From contig JAJYUT010000002.1 of assembly GCA_021792365.1 (NCBI GenBank), positions 452,313-516,312 of the forward strand: a stretch of 64,000 bases of DNA, read 5' to 3'. The notes below the pieces were generated by a model that was given only the letters and a program-made list of their open reading frames with translations, was not told where the DNA came from and did not search any database. This document shows, in pieces, positions 20,035 to 29,896 of the stretch; within the stretch, counting starts at the first letter, position 1; each line of letters begins with the position of its first letter. The position numbers and the translations under genes were made by a program. The DNA is from Pseudomonadota bacterium (GTDB lineage: Bacteria; Pseudomonadota; Alphaproteobacteria; Dongiales; Dongiaceae).

Positions 20035-20861
20035 CGCTGGACAACCGACGTTGGCGCGGTGTCAGCGTCCTCATCGAGTTCCTTCTCCAGTTCCTCCTCC
20101 TGCCGTGCGCGCCGCTTCTCCATCATCCGCGCGAGGAAGATGGACACCTCGTAGAGCAGGACCAGCGGCACGCCCAGGCTGATCTGGCTGATCACGTCGG
20201 GCGGCGTCACGACCGCCGCCACGATGGCCACCAGCACGATGGCGTAGCGCCGCTTCGACGCCAGACCGGCAGCGGTGACGAGGCCGACACGCGCCAGCAG
20301 CGTGAGCAGCACCGGCAACTGGAAGCACAGGCCGAAGGCGATGATCATGGTCATCGCGAGGCCGACATACTCGCCGACCTTGTTCTCCATCTCGATCGGC
20401 AGCGTGCCGTTGCCGCCGGGATCCTGGAAGCTGCCGAAGAACTGGATCATCCAGGGGAACAGCACGTAGTAGAAGAAGGCGGCGCCGAGCAGGAACATGA
20501 ACGGCGTCGCCGCCAGGAACGGCAGGAAGGCCTGCCGCTCGTTCTTGTAAAGGCCCGGCGCCACGAATGCCCAGATCTGCCCGGCGACGATCGGGAACGA
20601 GATGCAGAGCGCGCCGAACGCCGCCAACTTGACCTGGGTGAAGAACGGCTCAACCAGGCTGGTGTAGATGAACCGCCGGCCCTCCTGGTCGTGGAAATAC
20701 TCCGCCAGCGGCGCGCCCAGGAAATCGAACATGGGCTTGGCAAAATAGAAGCACACCATGAAGGCGACCAGGAACGCCACCAGCGAATAGAGCAGCCGCC
20801 GGCGCAATTCGACCAGATGATCGAGCAGCGGCATCTTCTTCTCGTCTTCGGCGCCGGTCAT
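20028..20861 (-). CDS. tatC: Twin-arginine translocase subunit C
   Basis: MPLLDHLVELRRRL, QIWAFVAPGLY, FGLCFQLPV and TPPDVISQ. Confidence 0.96.
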   Translation of the reverse strand: MTGAEDEKKMPLLDHLVELRRRLLYSLVAFLVAFMVCFYFAKPMFDFLGAPLAEYFHDQEGRRFIYTSLVEPFFTQVKLAAFGALCISFPIVAGQIWAFVAPGLYKNERQAFLPFLAATPFMFLLGAAFFYYVLFPWMIQFFGSFQDPGGNGTLPIEMENKVGEYVGLAMTMIIAFGLCFQLPVLLTLLARVGLVTAAGLASKRRYAIVLVAIVAAVVTPPDVISQISLGVPLVLLYEVSIFLARMMEKRRARQEEELEKELDEDADTAPTSVVQRQ

Positions 20862-20866
20862 GAATT

Positions 20867-21307
20867 CTATACTTTCGCCTCGGGGGCGGCGCTGTCGGGT
20901 GCCTCCCCCTTCTGTTCCGGCGCGGCGATGGCCGGACTCGCGGGCGGGTTCGATGAGACCTGCGGGGCCGGCGCGATCGGGCCGATCGGCGAGATCTGCG
21001 GCTTTTCCTTGAGCTCCTTCTCCACGCCCGTGACGGTCGCCTTCACTTCGCCCGTCGGATCGATGACGTTCTCGATCGCCTTCGAAAAGGATCCCTTGTT
21101 AATGGACTGCGCGGCTTTGCGCGCGTCCTCCAGATCGGCCTCGCGCACGATCTCGTTGATGCCGCCCTGGAACTCGCTCGCGAGCTTGCGCGCCGTCTTG
21201 GTTAGGTTGCTGATGGTGCGGAGCGCGTTCGGCAGCTCCTTCGGTCCCAGGACGAGCAAGGCGACCGCTCCGATGACCAGCAGCTCGCTCCAGCCCAGAT
21301 CGAACAT
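20867..21307 (-). CDS. tatB: Twin-arginine translocase subunit B
   Basis: MFDLGWSELLVIGAVALLVLGPKELP. Confidence 0.95.
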   Translation of the reverse strand: MFDLGWSELLVIGAVALLVLGPKELPNALRTISNLTKTARKLASEFQGGINEIVREADLEDARKAAQSINKGSFSKAIENVIDPTGEVKATVTGVEKELKEKPQISPIGPIAPAPQVSSNPPASPAIAAPEQKGEAPDSAAPEAKV

Positions 21308-21341
21308 CGAGGACGCCTTCCAACCACGACCGGCCGCGTCC

Positions 21342-21551
21342 TTAGGAGCGGTCGATCACACTCTGCTGCTTGTCGGCGTTGCTCTCGGACTGAACCTGCT
21401 CGCCGTCCTTGGGCTCCTTGAGGCCCTTGCGGAAAGCGGTGATTCCCTGGCCAAGGTCCTTCATCAGGCGCGGAATCTTGCCGCCGCCGCCGAACAGGAC
21501 GAGAATGATGGCCAGGACGATCAGCCAATGCCAAATACTGAAGCTACCCAT
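21342..21551 (-). CDS. tatA: Twin-arginine translocase subunit A
   Basis: [21 protein letters not shown] ... [13 protein letters not shown]. Confidence 0.95.
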   Translation of the reverse strand: MGSFSIWHWLIVLAIILVLFGGGGKIPRLMKDLGQGITAFRKGLKEPKDGEQVQSESNADKQQSVIDRS

Positions 21552-21662
21552 CCGGGTTCTCCTTGGGTGTTGCGGGGCGGACTATCGCAGAATGACTCCA
21601 GGGCTGCAACAAGCCGCTGCATCTATCGCGAATGAATTATGCGCGTGTAAGCCGTTGGATTT

Positions 21663-22733
21663 TCACGTTTCCGAGAACATGAGAATCGCGTCCGGCGGGA
21701 CCTTGAGCGCGACCTTCTCGCCCGCCTTCGGCGGCCGGCCATGCAGCCGGACCGACAGCTTCACGACGCGATCTTCGACGTCCCGCGCCAGGACATGCAC
21801 AATCCATCCTGTTCCTAGGAAATGGGTATCCTGGACCTCGACATTCAAGCCATCGGCATCCGCGCCGACGGGCTGCGAGAGGCTGGCCGCCTCGGGCCGG
21901 AAGGCGACGACTACGCGCGTGCCCTCCTGCCGGTCCGGCGTACTCAGCCGGCCGATCGGGCTCACCACATGCCCGTCGCGGACGATCCCGCCAACCTCGT
22001 TGACGCGGGAGAAGAAGCTGGCGACGAACAGGTCGACCGGCCGGTAATAGAGGTCCTGCGGCGGCCCGCTCTGCACGATCCTGCCGCCGCGCATCAGGTA
22101 GATGCGATCGGCCATGAACAGGGCCTCTTCCGGGTCGTGAGTCACCAGCAGCGCTGCCGTCCCGTTCCGACGCAGCAGGCGCAGCGTGTCGTCGCGCACC
22201 TGCTCCCGCAGGCGCTCATCGAGGCCGGAGAACGGCTCATCGAGCAACAGGACGGAGGGCTCCGGCGCCAGCGCGCGGGCCAGCGCCACGCGCTGCTGCT
22301 GCCCGCCGGACAAGGCATGGGGATAGGCATCGACGTAGCTCTCCATCTCCACCTGCCGCAGCACCTCGCGCACGCGCTTGTCGCGAGCCGCCGCGGGCAT
22401 CTGGCTCAGACCGAACGAGACATTGCCGCCGACCGTCAGGTGCGGAAACAGGGCGAAGTCCTGGAACACCAGCCCGACATGGCGACGCTCCGGCGGCACG
22501 GCGATGCGCTTGCCAGGATCGCCCACCGTTTCGCCGCGCATGGCGACGCGCCCGCTCTGCAGCGTCTCCAGGCCGGCCGCCAGCCGCAGGACGGTGGACT
22601 TGCCGCATCCCGACGGGCCAACCAGGCACACCACCTCGCCCGCCTTCACCGACAGCGAGACGCCGTCGACCGCCCGCAAGCGGTCATAGTCATGGTAGAG
22701 ATCCTGCAGGACGAGGGCGTCGTGCGGCTGCAT
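21663..22733 (-). CDS. Fe3+ ABC transporter ATP-binding protein (FbpC-like)
   Basis: Walker A GPSGCGKS, VFQDFALFPHL, LSGGQQQRVALARAL, LLDEPFS and C-terminal TOBE-like region; TGATG-coupled to the permease. Confidence 0.88.
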   Translation of the reverse strand: MQPHDALVLQDLYHDYDRLRAVDGVSLSVKAGEVVCLVGPSGCGKSTVLRLAAGLETLQSGRVAMRGETVGDPGKRIAVPPERRHVGLVFQDFALFPHLTVGGNVSFGLSQMPAAARDKRVREVLRQVEMESYVDAYPHALSGGQQQRVALARALAPEPSVLLLDEPFSGLDERLREQVRDDTLRLLRRNGTAALLVTHDPEEALFMADRIYLMRGGRIVQSGPPQDLYYRPVDLFVASFFSRVNEVGGIVRDGHVVSPIGRLSTPDRQEGTRVVVAFRPEAASLSQPVGADADGLNVEVQDTHFLGTGWIVHVLARDVEDRVVKLSVRLHGRPPKAGEKVALKVPPDAILMFSET

Positions 22734-24484
22734 CAGTGGTCCTCTCCCGCCCCGGGACGCGCGGCGCGGATCGCGCGCGACAGCAGGTAGACCGGCAGGA
22801 TGCCCACCAGCCCGATCGCGAGCGCGGGACCGGCGGCCTCGACCAGCCGTTCGTCGGAGGCAAGGTCATAGGTGCGCGTGGCGAGCGTGTCGAAGTTGAA
22901 CGGCCGCAGGACCAGGGTCGCCGGAAGTTCCTTCAGCACGTCGACGAAGACCAGGATCGCGGCGGTCAGCAACGTACCGCGCATGATCGGCAAGTGGACC
23001 AGGCCAAGGGTCTGGCCCGGCGAGCGCCCGAGCGATCGCGCCGCCAGGTCCATGCTGAACGTGATCTTGCCGAGGCTCGCCTCGACCGCGCTGAAGCTGA
23101 TGGTCAGGAACCGCGCCAGATAGGCGTAGGTCACCGCGGCCAACGTGCCGGTGAAGACGAGGCCGATGCTCCAGCCGAACTGCGTCCTGGCCCAGTTAGC
23201 AAGGACGTGATCGAGCGAAGCCAGCGGCAGCAGCACGCCGATCGCCAGCACCGCGCCGGGCACCGCATAGCCCACGCTCGCCACGCGCACGGCAAGGCGC
23301 GTCGCCGGCGTCGCGTGCAGCCGCAGCGCATAGGCCAGGATGACCGCGACCGCGACGACCAGCAGCGCCGCAAGCCCGGCCAGCACGAAGGAATTGCGCA
23401 GCACGCCGAGGAACCGCGCGTTCTGCCAGAATTCGGGGCTGCTCAGCGCCCAATGCAGCAGCATCGCGGCGGGCAGCGCAAAGCCCAGCACGACCGGCAG
23501 GGCGCAGCCGGTCATCGCGCCGAACGCCGCCCAGCCGCGCAGGTGATAGCGCGGCAGCGGCCGATACCGCGCGCTCGAATGCGCATAGCTCGCCCGCCCG
23601 CGCGACCACCGCTCGATCGCCAGCAACGCGAACACGAACAGCAGCAGGATGATCGCGATCTGCGATGCGGCGACGGGATCGCCCATGCCGCGCCAGACCC
23701 GGAAGATGCCGGTGACCAGCGTGTTGATGCCGAAATAGGAGACGGTGCCGTAATCGTTCAGCGCTTCCATCAGCGCCAGCGCGACGCCCGCCGCGATGGC
23801 CGGGCGCGCCAGCGGCAGCGCGACGCGGCGAAAGCTGGTCCACGGCGAGCAGCCGAGCGTGCGGCTCACCTCCAGCACGCAGACCGACTGCTCGAGGAAC
23901 GCGGCGCGCGCGAGCAGGTAGACGTACGGATAGAGCACCAGCACCAGCATCAGGATTGCGCCGGGTAAGGAGCGGATCTCTGGAAGCCAGCGCAGGCCTT
24001 GCGGATCGCCGACCAGCTCGCGCAGGCTGGTCTGCACGGGGCCCGCATAGTCAAGCAGACCGGTGTAGGCGTAGGCGATCACGTAGGCGGGAAATGCCAT
24101 CGGCAGGAGCAGCGCCCAATCGAACAGCCGTTGGCCCGGAAAGCGGCAGAGGGTCGTCATCCACGCCGCCGGCACGCCGACAATGAGCACGCCGATCGTG
24201 ACGCCCGTCATGATGAGGAGCGAGTTGGCGACGTAGTCGCCGAGGACTGTTTCGACGAGATGCTGCCAGACATCGCTGCGCGCGCCGAAAGCATTGATCA
24301 GCACGGAGACGACCGGCGCCGCGATCAGCAGCGCCAGCGCACAAGCGAGGATGGTCCAGCGCGACGGCCAGCCCCAGCGGCGCGCATCGAAACGAACCGA
24401 AGTGGCGGCTTGCGGTTGCGACAGCAGGCTCAAGCGAATTCCGTCCGGCGGGCAGCCCCGCAAAGGGTTCATGGGCGCCGGCAC
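22733..24484 (-). CDS. Fe3+ ABC transporter permease (FbpB-like)
   Basis: Two fused permease halves; LYPYVYLLARAAF, MEALNDYGTV, DVLKELPATLVLRPFNFDTLA. True start may be downstream (for example TTG at 24433). Confidence 0.88.
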   Translation of the reverse strand: MPAPMNPLRGCPPDGIRLSLLSQPQAATSVRFDARRWGWPSRWTILACALALLIAAPVVSVLINAFGARSDVWQHLVETVLGDYVANSLLIMTGVTIGVLIVGVPAAWMTTLCRFPGQRLFDWALLLPMAFPAYVIAYAYTGLLDYAGPVQTSLRELVGDPQGLRWLPEIRSLPGAILMLVLVLYPYVYLLARAAFLEQSVCVLEVSRTLGCSPWTSFRRVALPLARPAIAAGVALALMEALNDYGTVSYFGINTLVTGIFRVWRGMGDPVAASQIAIILLLFVFALLAIERWSRGRASYAHSSARYRPLPRYHLRGWAAFGAMTGCALPVVLGFALPAAMLLHWALSSPEFWQNARFLGVLRNSFVLAGLAALLVVAVAVILAYALRLHATPATRLAVRVASVGYAVPGAVLAIGVLLPLASLDHVLANWARTQFGWSIGLVFTGTLAAVTYAYLARFLTISFSAVEASLGKITFSMDLAARSLGRSPGQTLGLVHLPIMRGTLLTAAILVFVDVLKELPATLVLRPFNFDTLATRTYDLASDERLVEAAGPALAIGLVGILPVYLLSRAIRAARPGAGEDH

Positions 24485-24515
24485 AACTACCGGCGAAGAC
24501 GCCCGTGGACCCTAG

Positions 24516-24542
24516 TGCGACTTATTCTGAATTGCAATTCAG
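24516..24542. promoter_or_regulatory. Candidate iron-responsive operator upstream of the iron ABC permease
   Basis: Minus strand TCAGAATAAGTCGCA (24516-24530) resembles a Fur-type TGAGAATnATTCGCA box and overlaps a perfect 16-bp palindrome CTGAATTGCAATTCAG (24527-24542). Confidence 0.4.
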
Positions 24543-24584
24543 CGGCCAAGCGCCTGGGACAGCCAGGAATGCCTCGACATGGGG

Positions 24585-25469
24585 CTATGAGGCGATTTGG
24601 GCCGCGGCCTTGGGCTCGGTGGATTCCGACGGATCGTCGCTGTCTTCACCGGCGTGCTCCGCCTCGGCATCCGCGCCTTCTCGGTCAGCGTCGGCGTTCT
24701 CCTCAGCGTCGGCGTTCTCCTCACCCTCGGCGCTCGCCTCATCTTCCGCCTCCGCGCCGGCCTCGGCCTCGGCACGGCGCAGGGCTTCGGCTTCGTACTC
24801 GTCGTCCGCCGCCTCGCCTTCCGCCTCCTCGGCCGGCTGCGCCAGCATATCGGAGATGTTGCCCTCCTCGTCGTCGGCATCCTCCGGCACGCCGCCACCG
24901 CCCGGCAGGTTCTGGGTGCCGAGCGTCGCCACCGTCGCGCGCGCATCCAGCAGGCCCGCGGCCTTCAGCTCCTCCACGCCCGGCAGGGCGTCGCAGGTTT
25001 CGAGGCCAAAATGCTCGAGGAACGCATCGGTCGTCGCCCAGGTCACCGGACGGCCGGGCGTCTCGCGCCGGCCCTTCGGCTTGATCCAGCCGATCTCCAG
25101 CAGCATGTCGAGGGTGCCCTTGGAGATCGCGACGCCACGGATCTCCTCGATCTCCGCACGCGTGACGGGCTGGTGATAGGCGATGATGGCAAGCGTCTCG
25201 ACCGCTGCGCGGCTCAGCTTGCGCACGACCTCCTTCTCGATATGGAACTTCGAGGCGAGATCGGGCGCGGTACGGAACGCCCAGCGGTCCTCGAACGCAA
25301 GCAGATGCACGCCGCGATTGGCGTAGTGGTCCTTCAGCTCCTGCAACAGGCCATTGATGTCGGCGCCCTCCGGCATGCGAGCGGCCAATTGTTTTTCGCT
25401 CAGGGGTTCGGTCGCGGCGAACAGGATGGCCTCGAGCAGCCGCAGCAATTGATAGCGATCGTCGGTCAT
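24585..25469 (-). CDS. scpB: SMC-Scp complex subunit B with acidic C-terminal tail
   Basis: LLEAILFA, LSRAAVETLAIIAYHQPVTRAEIEEIRGV and GRRETPGRPVTWATTDAFLEHFGL. Confidence 0.95.
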   Translation of the reverse strand: MTDDRYQLLRLLEAILFAATEPLSEKQLAARMPEGADINGLLQELKDHYANRGVHLLAFEDRWAFRTAPDLASKFHIEKEVVRKLSRAAVETLAIIAYHQPVTRAEIEEIRGVAISKGTLDMLLEIGWIKPKGRRETPGRPVTWATTDAFLEHFGLETCDALPGVEELKAAGLLDARATVATLGTQNLPGGGGVPEDADDEEGNISDMLAQPAEEAEGEAADDEYEAEALRRAEAEAGAEAEDEASAEGEENADAEENADADREGADAEAEHAGEDSDDPSESTEPKAAAQIAS

Positions 25470-26314
25470 TGCAGTCCTTCGGTGTTCACGGTCTCCGGCG
25501 CGATGTTGTCGCCGCTGCCGCGGCGCATGTAGATCGGGCCGAACTGGCGCTCCTGCCGGAGCTCGATGCGCCCGGTGCGCGCAAGCTCCAGGCTGGCGGC
25601 GAAGGTTGCGGCCAGAGCGGCGCGGCGCGGCAGGCCGCGCTGCAGCCCCGGCGGCAGGAAGGCCTGCAGCGTCGTCCAGTCCAGCACCTGCCCCAGCATC
25701 TCGCCGATCCGGTGCAGCGCATCGTCCATGGAGAACAAGGTCATGGGCGCGATCTGCAGCAGGCCCTCGCTGCGCCGGCCGGGATAGGTGCCGTAGGCCT
25801 TCAGCAGGTCATAGAGGGCCAGCTTGTAGACTGGTCTCTCGACGATCTTCACCGGCTCCGGTAGCCCGCGCCCGAAGAAGTCGCGGCCGTATTGCGGCAG
25901 CGCCATCAGGTCGCGGCCGGCCTTCTGCATCGCTTCCAGGCGCTGCAACTGGAAGGCCAGGGCGGCCGCAAGCTCCGCGCCGCTGGGCTCGCCATCGGCC
26001 GGCGGCTCAGGCAACAGCAGGCGCGATTTCAGATAGGCGAGCCACGCCGCCATCACCAGATAATCGGCGGCGATCTCCAGCCGCAGCCGGCGGGCGCGCG
26101 CGATGAAGGCTAGATACTGGTCGGCCAGTTCCAGGATCGAGATCTTCTTGAGATCGACCTTCTGGTCCCGCGCCAGGGTCAGCAGGACGTCGATCGGCCC
26201 CTCGAACCCGTCCAGGTCGAGATGCAACTCGAACTCGCCCGCCGCCGCCGCGGAGGCCGTCTCGTCGGTGGCGAAATCCTTGTCGAGTTCTTCATCCATC
26301 ATCATCGCCGTCAT
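25466..26314 (-). CDS. scpA: Segregation and condensation protein A (kleisin)
   Basis: FEGPIDVLLTL, AADYLVMAAWLAYLKSRLLLP and FAASLELAR. Confidence 0.95.
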   Translation of the reverse strand: MTAMMMDEELDKDFATDETASAAAAGEFELHLDLDGFEGPIDVLLTLARDQKVDLKKISILELADQYLAFIARARRLRLEIAADYLVMAAWLAYLKSRLLLPEPPADGEPSGAELAAALAFQLQRLEAMQKAGRDLMALPQYGRDFFGRGLPEPVKIVERPVYKLALYDLLKAYGTYPGRRSEGLLQIAPMTLFSMDDALHRIGEMLGQVLDWTTLQAFLPPGLQRGLPRRAALAATFAASLELARTGRIELRQERQFGPIYMRRGSGDNIAPETVNTEGLQ

Positions 26315-27006
26315 GACGCGGGATTACCCGTCACGAAATAGATCAGGCCCTGGACATACTCGACGATCGGCATGATGAACCAGCGAAAGACGTTGAGGTC
26401 GGTCCCGATCTGCTGGCCTATGAATGGCAGGCCGATGAGCGCGACCAGGAGGATGACCATCCCATAGCGCTCGAGCCGCGCCAGATACCAGGACAGCGGA
26501 TATGGCAGCAATCCCACAGCGACTCGCCCGCCGTCCAGTGGAGGCAGCGGGATCATGTTAAAAATCGCGATGATCACATTGAAAAGGATGGAATAGATGA
26601 AGATCTCCGAGATCACCGCGGTGGTCATGGTCGCGGTCTCCGGCATGAGCCGGAGCGCGATCGCGGAGGCCAGCGCGATGAGGATGTTGCTCGCCGGTCC
26701 CGCCGCCGCCACCAGCACCATGTCGCGCCGCGGGGTCCGCAGCTTGCGGAAATTGACCGGCACAGGCTTGGCGTAGCCGAACATGTATCCGGTGGTGAAG
26801 ACCAGCAGCGCCGGCAGGATGATGGTGCCCAGCGGGTCGATGTGGCGCAGCGGATTGAAGGTCACGCGGCCCAGCATGTAGGCAGTGTCGTCGCCCAGCT
26901 TCCAGGCGACATAGCCGTGCGAGGCCTCATGCAGCGTGATCGCCAGGATGATGCCCGGGGCGACAATGACCGCTGTGAGCAAAAATTCCGCAATTTCAGG
27001 CGACAA
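26311..27006 (-). CDS. Site-2 protease family (M50) membrane metalloprotease
   Basis: HEASH zinc motif, FNPLRHIDPLGT and FNMIPLPPLDGG. TTG start assumed. Confidence 0.88.
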   Translation of the reverse strand: MSPEIAEFLLTAVIVAPGIILAITLHEASHGYVAWKLGDDTAYMLGRVTFNPLRHIDPLGTIILPALLVFTTGYMFGYAKPVPVNFRKLRTPRRDMVLVAAAGPASNILIALASAIALRLMPETATMTTAVISEIFIYSILFNVIIAIFNMIPLPPLDGGRVAVGLLPYPLSWYLARLERYGMVILLVALIGLPFIGQQIGTDLNVFRWFIMPIVEYVQGLIYFVTGNPAS

Positions 27007-27046
27007 GTCGCGACTCCGAATAAATTGGTCGAGCCGCGACGGCGTC

Positions 27047-28048
27047 TCAGGCAAGCAGGGTTGCGAGTTCCTTCTCGACTTGGTCGAGTTGCCCAAGCCG
27101 GCCCCTGCCCACCTGGCGGCGGCCACGTGTGTAGCGCTCCAGACCCTCCTTCGACAAGGGCGGAGCGCCGGCTGCCACCTGAAGCATTTCCTCCATCTTG
27201 CCATTGCAATGGAGCGCGACATCGCAACCCGCGGCGATGGACTGGCGCGCGAGGTCGGCCAAGCCGCCGTTCAAGGCCTTCATGGAGAGATCGTCGCTCA
27301 GCAGCAACCCGCTGAACCCGATCTCGCCCCGGATGATCTCCGCAATCACCTTGGGCGAAAGGGTCGCGGGCAGTTCGGGATCGATTGCCTCGTAGATGAT
27401 GTGCGCGGTCATGGCCCAGGGCAGATCGGCCAGGCGCTGGAAAGGGACGAAGTCGATTCGCGCCAGTTCGTCATGCGCGGTGGTCACGCGCGGCAGGTCG
27501 TGGTGGCTGTCCACCATCGATCGTCCGTGGCCAGGAATATGCTTTATAATCGGGGTGATGCCGGCGGACATCAAGCCATCCGCCGCGGCACGGCCGAGTG
27601 TTGCTACCTGCTCCGGATCGCCCCCGAAAGCGCGGTCGCCGATCACGTCATGGGCGCCCGGCTGATGCACGTCGATCAGCGGCGCGCAATCCACGTCGAC
27701 GCCGAGCGACGCCAGCTCCGCGCCGATCAGTTGGTGGTTGAGGAAGACGGCCTTGCGCCCGTCGCTCGCGCGCTGTGCGGCCAGCGTGCCGAACGTCGCC
27801 GCGGAGGCCGCAGCGCGCCAATGCGGCGGCCGCAGGCGCTGCACCCGCCCGCCTTCCTGATCGATCAGGACCGGCGCGTCGGCATGGTCAACGGAGGCGC
27901 GCAACTCTTCGATCAGGCGCCGCACCTGGTCCGGTTCGGCAATGTTGCGCGCGAACACGATGAACCCCAGCGGCTGGACGTCCCGAAAGAACGCGCGCTC
28001 CTCGCTCGTGAGGGCTTGGCCGGACACCCCGAAGATCGCCGCCAGCAT
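27047..28048 (-). CDS. nagZ: Beta-N-acetylhexosaminidase
   Basis: LIDQEGGRVQRL, IGDRAFG, catalytic KHIPGHGR...DSHH, MTAH and LSDDLSM. Confidence 0.95.
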   Translation of the reverse strand: MLAAIFGVSGQALTSEERAFFRDVQPLGFIVFARNIAEPDQVRRLIEELRASVDHADAPVLIDQEGGRVQRLRPPHWRAAASAATFGTLAAQRASDGRKAVFLNHQLIGAELASLGVDVDCAPLIDVHQPGAHDVIGDRAFGGDPEQVATLGRAAADGLMSAGITPIIKHIPGHGRSMVDSHHDLPRVTTAHDELARIDFVPFQRLADLPWAMTAHIIYEAIDPELPATLSPKVIAEIIRGEIGFSGLLLSDDLSMKALNGGLADLARQSIAAGCDVALHCNGKMEEMLQVAAGAPPLSKEGLERYTRGRRQVGRGRLGQLDQVEKELATLLA

Positions 28049-28095
28049 TCGTCACCATTTCCTTTTCGCGCCCAGATAAGCCTATTGCGGCGCGG

Positions 28096-29682
28096 CTACT
28101 TGGCGACGGCCAGGCAGTCTTGCCCCTGCGCCTTGAGGCTGGAGCAGAGCTGGCCCGCCGCTTTCCGGTCGGCCAACGGGCCTGCTTGCAGTCGATAGAA
28201 TATGCCCGCTTCGCCCTTGTCGACGCGCTCGATCATCAGCTTCAGGTCGCCCAGCAATTGCGGGTGCGCTTTCTGCAGGGCCGCCCATTCCTGCTGCACC
28301 GCCGCTTCCGATTTGCCGGCGGCGAGCTGGACGCGGGCAGTGCCGGCCGGTGCGGACGGCGTCACCGCAGCCTCCTGGGTCGGCGCAGCCTGCGTGGCAG
28401 GCGTCTCGGCTTGGGTGGCTTGCGGCTCAAGCGTTGTCGCCGGTGCGGATGTCGCCTCGGCCGGGGCCGAAGCCGGCTCGGTCGCCGCGGGCGCTTCCGC
28501 CGCCTGGGCGGGCGCGGCTTCGGCAGGCGGGGCCTGCGTGGGTTCCGGCGCTGCAACGGCCGGTGCTGCGGGCGCCGCCTCGGCGGTGGTCGGCTGCACC
28601 GTATCGTTCGTGGCCGTATCGGTGCTGGCTGCCGCCGGCGGAGCGCCATTCTCCTCCAGTGCGGGCAGCGGCGTCTCGACCAGCGGGACGCCCGGCTCCG
28701 GCACCGCGTCGGCCGCCGGCGCCGCGGTACCGGCATTGTTGTCGGCGCTGTCCACCACGGTGGGCTGCTCGGCGCCCGCGCTCTGGCTTGGCGCCGGCTG
28801 GGTGGGCGGTGTGATCGGCTGCTCGGGTTCCGGCATCACGGTCTCTGTCTGGGTCTGGGCGGAGGGGTCCAGCACCTGGACGTCCTGGTTCTGGACCTGC
28901 AAGCCGCCTTCTTCGGCGGGCTTCACCTTCTCCGGCGTGGCGTCGGCCGTGATGACTGGCACTTCCGTACTGGGCTCGCCCCCCGTCCACAGCCAAGCGC
29001 CAAGGGCGGCAACGATGATCACCGCGCCCAAGGCGGCCACTCGGCGATTGCGCCGCCGGCGCTGCGCCGCGGCGGCCGCATCGCCATCGGCCGAGAGCGG
29101 CTCGCTGATCGGCGGTGGCGGCAGGTCGGCCAGCAGATCACGTTGCGCCGGACTGCCTCCGGCCGGCGCCGCCCCGCCAATCATGCGGGCGAAGGGGCTG
29201 TTGCTGCCGGCGGGCGTCTGCGAGGCTGCAGCGGCGGTTGCGGCCAGGGCAGCGGAGGCCAGCGGCGCCGATTGCTCCTGCGTCGCCTCGTGTGGCTCCG
29301 GCATGGCAACGGGGACGTGCGCAGCCCGCTCAGGCATATCCGGAATCTCGATGGCCGACCCGGGCTCCGGCACGGCCTCGTTGGATGACGCTTCCGGTTC
29401 GGTGGCCCCCGGATCCTGCGCCGCCTGCATGCGCGGGAATGGCGTCATCGGGATCGGTGCGCTTCCCGATCCAGCCATGTGCGCGCCGGGTGGCGGCGAC
29501 TGGATGGACCTGAAGAACGGATCGCCCCGCACATCGTTCGCCGGACGCGCCAAATCTCCCCCATGCTGGTCCTCGAGCCTGGGCGCCGTGGCGCCGGTGG
29601 GGCCGAGATCGCCGCGCAGTCGGCTCAACGCGGCGGCAACGCTTGCTTGGATCTGTTCGGGTTTCTCTGACGACGACGACAT
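28096..29682 (-). CDS. SPOR-domain cell division protein (FtsN-like)
   Basis: Basic RRRRNRR before one TM segment, long Pro/Ala/Thr linker, C-terminal SPOR (VQLAAG...FYRLQAGPL...LCSSLKAQGQDC); upstream of nagZ. Confidence 0.85.
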   Translation of the reverse strand: MSSSSEKPEQIQASVAAALSRLRGDLGPTGATAPRLEDQHGGDLARPANDVRGDPFFRSIQSPPPGAHMAGSGSAPIPMTPFPRMQAAQDPGATEPEASSNEAVPEPGSAIEIPDMPERAAHVPVAMPEPHEATQEQSAPLASAALAATAAAASQTPAGSNSPFARMIGGAAPAGGSPAQRDLLADLPPPPISEPLSADGDAAAAAQRRRRNRRVAALGAVIIVAALGAWLWTGGEPSTEVPVITADATPEKVKPAEEGGLQVQNQDVQVLDPSAQTQTETVMPEPEQPITPPTQPAPSQSAGAEQPTVVDSADNNAGTAAPAADAVPEPGVPLVETPLPALEENGAPPAAASTDTATNDTVQPTTAEAAPAAPAVAAPEPTQAPPAEAAPAQAAEAPAATEPASAPAEATSAPATTLEPQATQAETPATQAAPTQEAAVTPSAPAGTARVQLAAGKSEAAVQQEWAALQKAHPQLLGDLKLMIERVDKGEAGIFYRLQAGPLADRKAAGQLCSSLKAQGQDCLAVAK

Positions 29683-29808
29683 GGCTCGCTTCTCCAGCAA
29701 AGTACGGCCTGCGATCGCCGCGCCCTCTCGCCCGGCGCGGCTGACATGCCCCCTGCCCGACAGGTCCCCCCATATCCGGACAGTGCTGCAAGCTGATCTG
29801 GACCCAGG

Positions 29809-29896
29809 GAATCAGCGCGCCCCCGAGTCGGTCAAGGAAAACGACTCGTGGATAACTCTATTAAATACCGGATTCAACAGGGTTTTCGGGCGAGTC
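29809..29896. promoter_or_regulatory. Cluster of five GANTC (CcrM) sites upstream of the SPOR gene
   Basis: GAATC 29809, GAGTC 29825, GACTC 29843, GATTC 29871 and GAGTC 29892; two of them form the arms of CGAGTCG-N11-CGACTCG. Confidence 0.55.

Noticed and set aside
29847-29855. DnaA-box-like TTATCCACG upstream of the SPOR gene
   Set aside because: Single box with one mismatch; not distinguishable from chance.
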